From Octopus bimaculoides (lineage: Eukaryota), in the NCBI RefSeq assembly GCF_001194135.2, contig NC_068993.1, positions 46,023,220 through 46,087,219 on the forward strand: 64,000 nucleotides of DNA. Direction: 5' to 3'. Positions 53,562 to 64,000 of the stretch are shown piece after piece (positions within the stretch are counted from its first letter, which is position 1; each line of letters starts with the position of its first letter). Both the position numbers and the translations under genes were made by a program. Below the pieces are notes generated by a model, which saw only the letters and a program-made list of their open reading frames with translations, did not search any database and had not been told where the DNA came from.

Positions 53562-54822
53562 ATGGCAAACTCAAGGAGAAGATACTCGTACACTATTGAC
53601 TACAAGATACAAGTGATTGAATATGCCAAACAATATGGCAACGGGGCTGCAGAGAGGCATTTTGGAGCACCAAAAACTAAGAAAATGATCCACTACTGGA
53701 AGAAACAAGAGGACATGTTGAAGCCTGCATCAAGGCTTAAACGTAACCCTCATCGGACTGGAGCTAAGTGACCAGAACTGGAGAAAAAAATGGAGTGGAT
53801 GATTGCGAAGAGAAATGATATTCGAGTCTTGCAGTATCAACAAAAGTGATTATTTATGAATCGAAAATGAGGACAGCTGCGTGGTGTGGATGATTTTCGT
53901 GGCACATCAAGCTGGTTTTACAGATTTGTGAAGAAGCACAGACTGGCAATGAGAATGAAAATAAGAATAGCGCAAAAAAGCCTGAAGATTATGATAAAAT
54001 AATCGAATTTCACAGGTTCATAATCAGTGCAAAAAAAGAGACTGACCACGAACAGGGACAGCTCGGAAACATGGATGTGGTGTGACTAACGTTTGATGTG
54101 TTATCAAATAGAACAGTGGATGTTAAAGGGTCCAGAACCATAAGTGTAAAGACATCTAGACATGAGAAAACCCATTATACTGCGGTACTATCGTGTCGTG
54201 CTAATGGAGCTAAACTGCCACCGCTGCTTATTTTCAAGAGGAAAACTTTACTAACACACAAAACTGCACGTGGAATTTTTGTTCTCGTCCACCCAAAGGG
54301 GAGGATAGATGAAGAGAGTGTGAAGTTATGGCTAGATATGGTCTGTTCAAGGCGTTCCCGTGGCCTCCTTAAAAACCATACCTTCATGTGTGGGACGAGT
54401 TTCGTGCCCACAAAACAAAGGCCATTAAAGAAAGTGTGCAGAAATCGAAAACGAAAATGGCAGTGATCTCTGGTGGTTTAACAATCTAATTACAACGACT
54501 GGACGCATCAATCAACACGCCTTTTAAAGCATTTATGAAAGAAGAGTAGAATTAGTGGATTAGAGGCAAGGAATATGATCGAACACCAACAGGTCATTGG
54601 AAAAGGCCAACAATTGCTCAGGTGTACGAGTGTGTCCTGAAATCATGGAACGCTGTGAAAATTGTTGTAATAAAACCTTTCAAAAACTGTAGTATCAGTA
54701 ATGCATTAGATGGCACAGAAGATGACATCCTATTTGAAGATAGTGGCACTTCGGACAGTATTGACGACCTTGATAACCTTTCTGGTTTTGGAGCTATGGA
54801 TGACTGCAGACAATTTACATAA
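53562..54822 (+). mobile_element. Decayed pogo-superfamily transposase (POGK/Passer-like: Brinker-type DBD, CENP-B HTH, DDE_1)
   Basis: Recognisable segments in order: MANSRRRYSYTIDYKIQVIEYAKQYGNGAAERHFG..., K*PELEKK, FRGTSSWFYRFVKKH, SNRTVDVKGSRTISVKTSRHEKTHYTAVLSCRANGAKLPPLLIFKRK, VI.GGLT..LQRLDASIN.PFK, KSWNAV...SNALDGTEDD. Multiple stops and frameshifts. A possible degraded right TIR lies near 55249-55268. Confidence 0.93.
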
Positions 54823-55427
54823 GTTTAATGTTTGCACAATTTGATTGTAACGTTTGTTTTGTCATGTTCTCGTGAAATATTTACAAATGGCTATAACGTG
54901 AAATATTTTCAGGTTTTGAAGATTAAAATACGTTTTCTTATATGTAATATTTCAACTGTGCAGATTCTAATCTCTAATCTGTTTTTATTTTGTTCTATTT
55001 GGGATGTCATGTTTGTGTGGTACTTCTATAAATGGTTGCAATATGCAAAATATTTTCAGAATTTTGTGATTGAAATGATTTTTATTGTGTAGATTTTTTC
55101 TATAATCTTTATTTTTTTGTTTTGTTCTATTTTGGGATTTCATGTTCATGTGGTATTTTTACAAAGTGTAACTGTGCAATGAAATGTTATTCCGCATTTC
55201 TCACATTAATTTTCCTATTATGGAGTTTAGTTTTTTCTTTGTCTGGGACAAAAAAAGTACTGTATTAGTCTACATTCAATACTACCAAAATCTTAAAATA
55301 CCAGCTGTAACCTCGTCCACTTGCATGAAGTGAGACACTACTGGCCAAGAACCTTTCTAATAAAACGAATGAAGATAAAAATTACTGCTGGGCCGAACGT
55401 GAATAGTCGAACTTGAGTAGCATAGTG

Positions 55428-55693
55428 CAGGAGTGGATCAAGGAATTTCTGGTGATGGGTGAACATGAGGTCTGATTCATTGCAATTAATCACTGAAATG
55501 ACAGTGCAATATGTTCAGAGATACTAAAAAAAAAAGGAAATATATTTTATGCTGAACCCTTCAAGGGCTGTTTGTTGCCGGTACAAAAATATGCTTTCCA
55601 TCATACATATTCAAACAAAACAGTCAAATTTCAAAAGTTTCTTGGTTGGTGTTGGCGGTGCATCCCCTATCCCCCCCTCTGAATCCATCCCTG
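55428..55693. mobile_element. hAT-type MITE (266 bp)
   Basis: Degenerate TIRs CAGGAGTGGATCAAG and CAGGGATGGATTCAG (reverse complement), 11/15 identical. Flanking 8-mers gcatagtg / tcatagtg match 7/8, consistent with an 8-bp TSD. CAG termini are typical of hAT elements. Confidence 0.7.
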
Positions 55694-56500
55694 TCATAGT
55701 GTAGTTTCGATGTTACAGTGAGTTCATAAAGGTAGGCGTTCCAGACCATGTCTCTGTACTGACAGTCCCATAAAACAAATTGGTAAGGGAGGTGAGCGCT
55801 GCCTTTTGTTACTTTTACAGACGCGAGTGTGAGATCACAACGGGAGTCAGTCACAGTTAGCCAACGTAAGGGATAGCGCAAATAAGTGTTAGACGACCAG
55901 CTAAAATAAATGATGGGAACATTTTAAGTGGCGAACTGGAGATTACAGTGATGCATTTTTTTTTATTGCATCTGTAATGTTCCGAAGTGCCGGGACATTA
56001 TTTTTATGTTCTTTATTATTATTTTTTTTTTAATTAATTTTTGGTTGTCAAAATTAGTGTGCGTCATCGAGGACGAAGCTTCTTCGACGTTGGAAAACAT
56101 GGTAATTTCTAAATATAATTAAAATATGATCAAAGACCTTCCTGAGCCGTAGGCTCATAAGGATTTTGATTTTCCGGATTCTGTAACACTTATTTGTCCC
56201 ATCCCCTGGACGTGATGCCTTCCCATGGTAGGCTTATTCCATATTTCCCAACTGAGTAGATGGAATGGAGTCATGCTCAAGAACACAACTCTGCGAGATT
56301 CAGGAATCATATCCACAATCTAACAAGCATGTGTTTAACACACCAATCGCCAAGTCACGCGCCTCTGCACACACACAAACACAGACACATTCACACATAC
56401 ACACTTACTCACTCACACGCAAACACACACACACGCAAACACACACACACGCACAAGGGTGTATGTACAAATATTTATATTGTTATATGTATGAGTGTAT

Positions 56501-56551
<51 letters not shown>

Positions 56552-57047
56552 TTACAGATATAAATAATTATCTATTTGTGTGTATTGTATATGTATATAT
56601 GTATTGAGATAAGTATAAATTAATACAGATATTCGCGTTTCTATAGTCTATATATGTGTCTGTAAAATAAATAAATTGTTTTTCAGTTTTCAAATTAAAT
56701 CATTGAAAATATTTTTTTTTTTACAGAAAATATCAAAAGAAAATAAAACTAAATTTTGTTCACCAACAACTTAGACAGCATTCACCAGTTGCTTTCATTA
56801 TTATTCTATTATTTGTTAATTTGTTAAATAGAGAAATTTAAAGAACATTTTTCTATATGTTTAACTGAGTGAAACCGATTGTCTGCAGTTATAATAAGAA
56901 ATAAATGCTTATTTGTTGGGCATAACATAAATTTTAAATTATTTCTGCGCCATTCAATATTTCCAGCTAATACTACGCATAATATAGCTTATACAGATCC
57001 TAATGATGTAAATTGGTTTTATAATGAAAAAGATTTTTTCGTTCGCT

Positions 57048-57110
57048 AGTTCGTTCGTTCATTCGTTCGTTCATTCGTTCGTTCATTCGTTCGTTCATTC
57101 GTTCGTTCGT
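57048..57110. repeat. (TTCG/TTCA)n tetranucleotide repeat with 12-bp higher-order period
   Basis: gttcgttcgttcattcgttcgttcattcgttcgttcattcg... Confidence 0.9.
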
Positions 57111-57155
57111 TCCTTATTGTTCTTGTTCTTGCTTTTCTTCTTCTTCTTATTATTA

Positions 57156-57211
<56 letters not shown>

Positions 57212-57472
57212 GAGTGAGAGAGCAGTGCATGCCATCAAAGTGACACTGGGGTAAAATATACGAAGCCCATTATACCCATCATGACTACCCGTCTGATAAG
57301 GGTACACCAGGCACATGCATCTCACGCATATGTGCGCGACACGGTGACCTCATATCAAGATATACAGCGCATGACCTCGCAGGTGGGGCCCATTAGAATT
57401 TTTTTTCAGGTCGAGTAGCCCATCCCGCTCAAAAGGTCTCTGAATAAGGTTTGTTTATTACTATTATTATTG

Positions 57473-57581
57473 TTCACTACCGAGCGCAGCTCTGTGTGCC
57501 TTGGGTATGTGCTGTGGTTTGCTGTGATGCCCTTATGGTTACTGTATTGAAAGTGTTTTGCGTAGGATGTGTGCAGTGCCC
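57473..57581 (-). mobile_element. R4/Dong-like family 1 3' end, short copy in ATT-rich tract
   Basis: GTAHILRKTLSIQ* plus a 3' UTR nearly identical to the 37911-38080 copy. Confidence 0.85.
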
Positions 57582-57624
57582 TATTATTATTATTATTATT
57601 TTTATTATTATTATGATTATTATG

Positions 57625-57696
<72 letters not shown>

Positions 57697-57869
57697 TTTA
57701 TTGAAGACATCGAAAACTATCCAATAGCGTGAACGTTGTATATTGAAGATATTGTGAGTACCGGGGATTTGTACTTTCTGTCAAGTCACAACAAGACCTC
57801 AGGCAGTCAGTAATTTACACAGTATGCGTACAGTTCCAAGTAAAACCGATTATTGTAATATACGAAGGG

Positions 57870-58027
57870 TGTATGTAGCGTGTTTTTAAAGTGTGTATTC
57901 AGGTTGGGTGGTACTGAACCCAATGCTCCGATATCAACAATCAATCTTGATGTCTGACCCTCGCAGCTGCCACATCTTGGTGATCTCAATTTTCAGGTTT
58001 CCGTATTTGTTGAAGATTTCTCTTCCT
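57870..58027 (-). mobile_element. RLE-domain fragment of another R4-like family
   Basis: REIFNKYGNLKIEITKMWQLRGSDIKI..IVDIGALGSVPPNLNTHFK. Confidence 0.7.
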
Positions 58028-58106
58028 AATACAGTTCTATATTTAAGAGATGAGGAATTATGTACATTCTTTACATTATTTATATTTGACGGATATTTGT
58101 CAAATG
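58027..58106 (-). mobile_element. Inverted PLE tail fragment
   Basis: The reverse complement gacaaatatccgtcaaatataaataatgtaaagaatgtacataattcctcatctc overlaps the + strand tail at 58338-58375. Confidence 0.6.
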
Positions 58107-58163
58107 TATTAATAATAATAACAATAATAATAACAACAATAATAATAATAATATTAATAATAA

Positions 58164-58227
<64 letters not shown>

Positions 58228-58228
<1 letters not shown>

Positions 58229-58375
58229 TCGAAAAATACCTTAGGAATGAGAACCCAGGTTCGAAATCTCCCCAAGACACCCGATGAAGGCTGGAGGGTA
58301 TATCAGCCGAAATCTTATGTTAACAACAAACAAGATGAGGACAATTATCGTCACATGTAAATAATATAAATAATC
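58228..58375 (+). mobile_element. PLE terminal fragment (second family) with degenerate hammerhead at 58276-58321
   Basis: GACAC-CCGATGA-A-GGCTG-gagggtatat-CAGCC-GAAA-TCTT-ATGTT. Its tail (gacaattatcgtcacatgtaaataat) is an inverted repeat of 58070-58106. Confidence 0.7.
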
Positions 58376-58739
58376 TCTCTTCCTTTCATGACTATGTCGA
58401 ACTCCTGGCATTACTACGTCAATTATTAACCACTATTGTTTTCCCTCCCAAAGGCCACTATATCCGGGTTTCGTTGGTTCTGGAAGACAATATCTCTTGG
58501 GATCTTTACCTTCTAATTTTCGTCCATTACCTTTTCCTCAGCATGTTGGTACCCTCCACCCGTTACCTCGTACCCACAGTTTATTATTATTATCATTATT
58601 ATTATTATCATCGCCATTATTGATATGATTGTTAGAAATAGAAGTAGTAGTAGTAATAGTTATAATAATAGTAGTAGCTAGTGGTGGTGATGATGGCTTT
58701 GCTGATCGAGTGCTTTTCTACTCGTTGAAGGATTATCAC

Positions 58740-58775
<36 letters not shown>

Positions 58776-58785
58776 NNNNNNNNNN

Positions 58786-58824
<39 letters not shown>

Positions 58825-59060
58825 AGAGAGAGAGAGAATGTGTGTGGGAGAGAGAGGGAGAGAGAATATGAGAGAGAGAGTGAGAAGGAGCAAGAGAGCA
58901 TAAACAGCCAGGAGGATTAGGATTTCAGCCGATGTTCTAGTGATCTGATGAGCTAGCTTTCTATACCTCTACTGATGTGTGAATATACTATAGTGTTGCA
59001 TAAATGTGTCCCATACATATTAGTACGGACATATATTGTAATACACTTAATTTATTATTA

Positions 59061-59301
59061 GGCGGCGAGCTGGCAGAAACGTTAGCACGCCGGGCGAAAT
59101 GCTCAGCGGTATTTCGTCTGACCGCTACGTTCTGAGTTCAAATTCCGCCGAGGTCGACTTTGCCTTTCATCCTTTCGGGGTCGATTAAATAAGTACCAGT
59201 TACGCACTGGGGTCGATATAATCGATTTAATCCGTTTGTCTGTCCTTGTTTGTCCCCTCTGTGTGTAGCCCCTTGTGGGTAGTAAACAAATAACACAAAT
59301 A
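59061..59301 (+). mobile_element. Intact tRNA-derived SINE (family B) with 18-bp TSD
   Basis: A-box-like TGGCAGAAACG and B-box GTTCAAATTCC, with central gccgaggtcgactttgcctttcatcctttcggggtcg. The TSD acacttaatttattatta is at 59043-59060 and 59302-59319. Confidence 0.92.
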
Positions 59302-59945
59302 ACACTTAATTTATTATTACATGACGAAATCTGCGAAATGGCCATTAGCCTAAGGATGGCAAATAGTTAAATAAATATATNNNNNNNNNNNNNNNNNNNN
59401 NNNNNNNNNNNNNNNNNNNNNNNNNNNNNNNNNNNNNNNNNNNNNNNNNNNNNNNNNNNNNNNNNNNNNNNNNNNNNNNNNNNNNNNNNNNNNNNNNNNN
59501 NNNNNNNNNNNNNNNNNNNNNNNNNNNNNNNNNNNNNNNNNNNNNNNNNNNNNNNNNNNNNNNNNNNNNNNNNNNNNNNNNNNNNNNNNNNNNNNNNNNN
59601 NNNNNNNNNNNNNNNNNNNNNNNNNNNNNNNNNNNNNNNNNNNNNNNNNNNNNNNNNNNNNNNNNNNNNNNNNNNNNNNNNNNNNNNNNNNNNNNNNNNN
59701 NNNNNNNNNNNNNNNNNNNNNNNNNNNNNNNNNNNNNNNNNNNNNNNNNNNNNNNNNNNNNNNNNNNNNNNNNNNNNNNNNNNNNNNNNNNNNNNNNNNN
59801 NNNNNNNNNNNNNNNNNNNNNNNNNNNNNNNNNNNNNNNNNNNNNNNNNNNNNNNNNNNNNNNNNNNNNNNNNNNNNNNNNNNNNNNNNNNNNNNNNNNN
59901 NNNNNNNNNNNNNNNNNNNNNNNNNNNNNNNNNNNNNNNNNNNNN

Positions 59946-59979
<34 letters not shown>

Positions 59980-62900
59980 AAGAAACAGAAGTAACTTACA
60001 CAAAGTCACGGTGTTTATCTTCATTAGGCTCATCTCATCGTTTTCAGTAGCAGCATAAATAAAACCCTCCTCCTCATCATCATCGTCGTCGTCATCTGTG
60101 CCGTCGACATCATCGTCAACATCATCGTCCCCCAAATCATCATTGTCTACGTCAACGTCAGGATTCTCATTTGCATGAATTAACATATGGCCTTTGTCTA
60201 CCAAAATAATACCCTGTCAATTAGACCTGAGAAACCAGAGACAATGTATCCAATTGTTTCGTCCCCAAATTCCCAGATGTTACATTTGTTTAATGCATTC
60301 TGCTTCATTATGTGCAGATTGTAATAGAATCGCTGAAGCGTTCTGTGTTCAAGTCCTAACGAGTACAACTTTGATTTGATCTCTGTAGCTTCCATTATAC
60401 ACAGTACCAATCAAGCATTTAAGAACTTGTGTGATTTATTGACTAACTCCATGTTACCGAATTCCAGGCCTTGTACGTGCATTAGAAAACATTATTGTAG
60501 AAATTATCTTCGAATTGTTCGGTAAAGATGACGAACGCGTATATTGCTTCTGTTATTTTTAACAATCTATCAATCGCGCCCTGTTCATGCTAACCTATGA
60601 CTAGATAAATGCTGTCTTGTGCTTTAAGACAGGAACGTGTTTCTCTTACGCAAATGTCCAATTATTGCGAACACGTCTTGTGTGTATTGTTCGTATAATG
60701 CACGGTGGTGGTGGTACAGGTGAAAGCATGCGCTGAGACTTAGGTATCTGCTTTAAGTACTGGATACTGAGTAAATGTGGTCATTCGTCATGATTACCTT
60801 CTCATTGTACATCACTGTGACGAAAGGGCAGTCCTGGAGGGTGACGCCAAGATGGCTATTAGACACTTGCTATCCTAGTATTCTTGTTTTGTATCTGTTG
60901 AACGATATATTTTGCTAATGCGCCAAATCTTGAATTCTCAATACAGAATTAGTTATAGGCAAGAGCGGTGATATTCACGGATATGCTAAACTGAGTAAAA
61001 ATATATAATTTAAAATGGTTATGGAATTAGTGAACGCTGCATTACTATCCAAATCCGGGAGCTTTGTATTTAATCCGCTTAATATTACGGAAACCAGGAT
61101 GAATTATATGATTTGAAGTTATTTGAGATTTGGAAAAATAATTTTACAAGCTTGGGACAATAGGAAAAACATATCGAAATGAGTAAAATACACAAGTAAG
61201 CATTTGGTATTATTTCTACGGCTGCGGTATTATATAGACAGAATTATCAATATATTAATATTACAAATATATTGAGACTGGGTTTGCCTTGTAAGAGATA
61301 TGTCCATGCACCGTTTGTGATTGTTGACAAAATCAAAACAGATACGGCAGTGTCATGGTTATGGCAATAATGTATTATGCCCCACAACTACGAAGTTTTA
61401 GATTCAATCTCGCTGTAGAGCACCTTTGTTAAGTATCTAAGTATCTTCTACCATAGGTTCGTTCGATAATAACTTCTTTCGTCCATTACCTTTTCCACAG
61501 CATGTTGGTACCATGCATCCGTTACCTCGTATCCATACTTAATTATTCTTGAGCCAGTCTCAGAGGCACTAAAAATTGTCATAAACATTTTCTTTTATCT
61601 CTTGAGGAGGCGAATTTTAAATAAAGATTCATTCTATATAACCTGCAGCAATTAATGAAATAAACCTACGTCTTATAATTTAATCTCTCTAAAAGTTATG
61701 AGTTTTCTTCACCTTCAAAATGAATTCGTCATAATAATAAAAAAATTTATAGGAAGAAGAGACCTCTCTGGTGATATCGCGTGGGGAATGAAATACTCTA
61801 ATGGTTTAAATACTTATTCTTTGTCTGACAGTTGGCGAGATGTTATCAGATTGCTTCTAAGATAGAAATCAAGAACTGAGTGATATGAGGAAAGTGAACT
61901 CAAACAGTGAGAGGTGGTGTGAGTGAAGTCTGCGATGAAAAATGAGGTGAATTGACAGAATTATTACAAACTTTTGACTGTTATATTTTATTTTGTTACA
62001 CGCTATTTTGTTCTAGGTTCAAATCTTCTTCACCTGACTCCCATTTTTACACCTCCACCATACAACGAGTATCATTAATATACTGGTTTCAATTCAATTA
62101 AAAACATCCTTCCTGTGAATTTGTTCCCTATAACCAATCGATAAATTAAATTTACGAAAGTTAACCGTTATTAAGAATGGAAAAAAATGGCCAAAAGTAT
62201 GGATAAACTGAATATTGCAGAATAAAACTTTTAAAAGCAACAAAAAATGAATTACCGATTAAATAACGAATGAATTAAAAGAAAAAATTTAAAGCAAAAC
62301 AGAGTAAAAGCGATTGAGATTGTAATAAGGAAGGAAGTAACATTTAAATAAACATAGAAAGTGTGAGAGAGAATATGAGATAAAAAATAAAACTCCAATT
62401 TTGCCGATGAACATAATTACATTTCCTAACATCAAAATTACTTGTACATTATCTCCAATATTCCTACAACTACCAGTAACTTTAACCGAACTCTCCTCTC
62501 TCACAATGGAACACCACCAAACGCCTATACACACACTAATCAAATACACACCCAGAGATAAATACATGAAGCCCTAGCCTACGCTTGATTAAATTCCATC
62601 ATGTTTTTCATTAAGACAAACTGGCGTTCTTCTATCAGAGAACACAAATACTACATCCGGAACGAACCTGTTTCAAATATAAAAAAAAATAGTGACACTT
62701 TTATTCTCTCTTTCTTGCGTTAATTTTTCTCTTATATGATTGATGAGTGACACAGAACTGTTTGGCGCGTCCTACTCTTCCTCTTCCATTCTTCTCCGCT
62801 GAACCAACTCAAGATATTCCTCGATATTAAATTGATGTTAAAATTACTTGGCCAGCAAGATGTGTGATATTTTCTAAATGAACGCAATTTACATCTGTGT

Positions 62901-63099
62901 GTTACTTTTGTAGTTATCTTGTTATTACTTTCTCAGTTTTATAAGTGGCGTTCAACGACGCCATTGTCAATAAGAAATCTTCCGATTAAACAAACCAGCA
63001 AAACTGTTTCTATCTATTACCATTTCATTATTCGATGATTGCAATGTTATTTTACTTGCATTACTGAATGAAGCCCTTAAGAAAATCATTAATGTTACA

Positions 63100-63350
63100 C
63101 AACCACATACGTCATCCTCAGAATCCAAGAGGCCCAAGTGTCTCTGGAATCGAATCTATCAGGTCGTACGATCTCCCAACCAATAGGACGCTTCCACATA
63201 TTTTTGTTCGAGCAGTCCAGTAAACCCAAGCGACAGTAATGATCAATCTGATGGGAACAAATTATCAGATCAACTAGGAAGATCACGCAACACTGACTAA
63301 CATACGAGAGATGGAACGGATATTCTAACATGCCGGTGTCGATGCGGAGG
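63100..63350 (+). mobile_element. Decayed RTE-like LINE C-terminal region
   Basis: With frameshifts: QVVRSPNQ.RTLPHIFLFEQSSKPKR...WEQIIR. This resembles the RTE pattern GHVVRMP..RLP..LFG..S..KR...WED.I. Confidence 0.45.
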
Positions 63351-64000
63351 TCTCTTCATGGTAGCTCGATCGACTTGTAATTAAAGCTAAATTTCTCTCA
63401 AATTACGAAATATCGTCTTAAAGGAACAATGCATTGGGTTAATATTTTCTATGAGACATTATGGCTGAAAAATGTTAGAAGTCACAGTTTAATAAGTGCT
63501 AGAACGTAGAGGCTCACTTCATTTTGATATTGTTTTCTTTTTGTTGTTTGGGTGAGTTTAACTGAGTTGAAATCTATTGAAATACTTTTGCACAGGTTTC
63601 TATCCTGAGAATAATTTTCACCTGCTCTTACTAAAATCTCGGTAGTTCCGAAAGATATTATAATCACTGCCTTTCTCTTGCAGAGCCATAAAATAGATTG
63701 AAACCAACAAAAATATTTTCAGAATCATAATACATATTCGGTGGAATCATATCAAAACGGGTAAGTCAGTACCAATGACCCGTTTTGAATGTATGCACTG
63801 AATGTAATTTACAACCTCATTGTACCGCTGCATAATTAAGGAGGATGACAACGATAATAAAGATCGTGGTAGGGTTATGTATAAGAGAAGAGACAATGAA
63901 ACAACAACAAGTGCAATTAAATCTTGTTTTTATTCTCTGACCTTGTTAAGATCTTTTCTCACTCATTCTAGTTAGTCGAAGAAAGGCTAACAAAGGAAAT

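Noticed and set aside
59061-59160. tRNA-like A/B boxes as real tRNA genes
   Set aside because: They are SINE heads followed by SINE body and tail, with no cloverleaf.

Overview
AT-rich, gappy eukaryotic genomic DNA, most likely octopus. That call is an inference from the SINE families and the extreme microsatellite density. About 6 kb of N is spread over 17 gaps, almost all flanked by (TA)n, (TG)n or (GA)n. Nearly every long ORF in the supplied track is an artefact of N runs or simple repeats. The only convincing host coding sequence is one 138-nt, phase-0 exon (34036-34173, +) encoding part of the Venus-flytrap domain of a GABA-B-type class C GPCR, so the rest of the window is probably giant intron. 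The remainder is transposon debris: tRNA-derived SINEs (one young copy with an 18-bp TSD), R4/Dong-like RLE retrotransposon ends, RTE and CR1/L2-like 3' ends, Penelope-like element (PLE) fragments, a decayed near-full-length pogo (POGK/Passer-like) transposase, a mariner 3' end and MITEs. The most notable observations are: (i) a 672-bp foldback element with perfect 28-bp TIRs, an 8-bp TSD and internal TTAGGG repeats; (ii) three minimal hammerhead-ribozyme-like motifs at PLE ends, two with a non-canonical core position 6; (iii) a SINE tail shared with a LINE 3' end; and (iv) a 556-bp non-tRNA retroposon and Dong-like ends stacked in (ATT)n tracts. No prokaryotic features or CRISPR arrays were seen.
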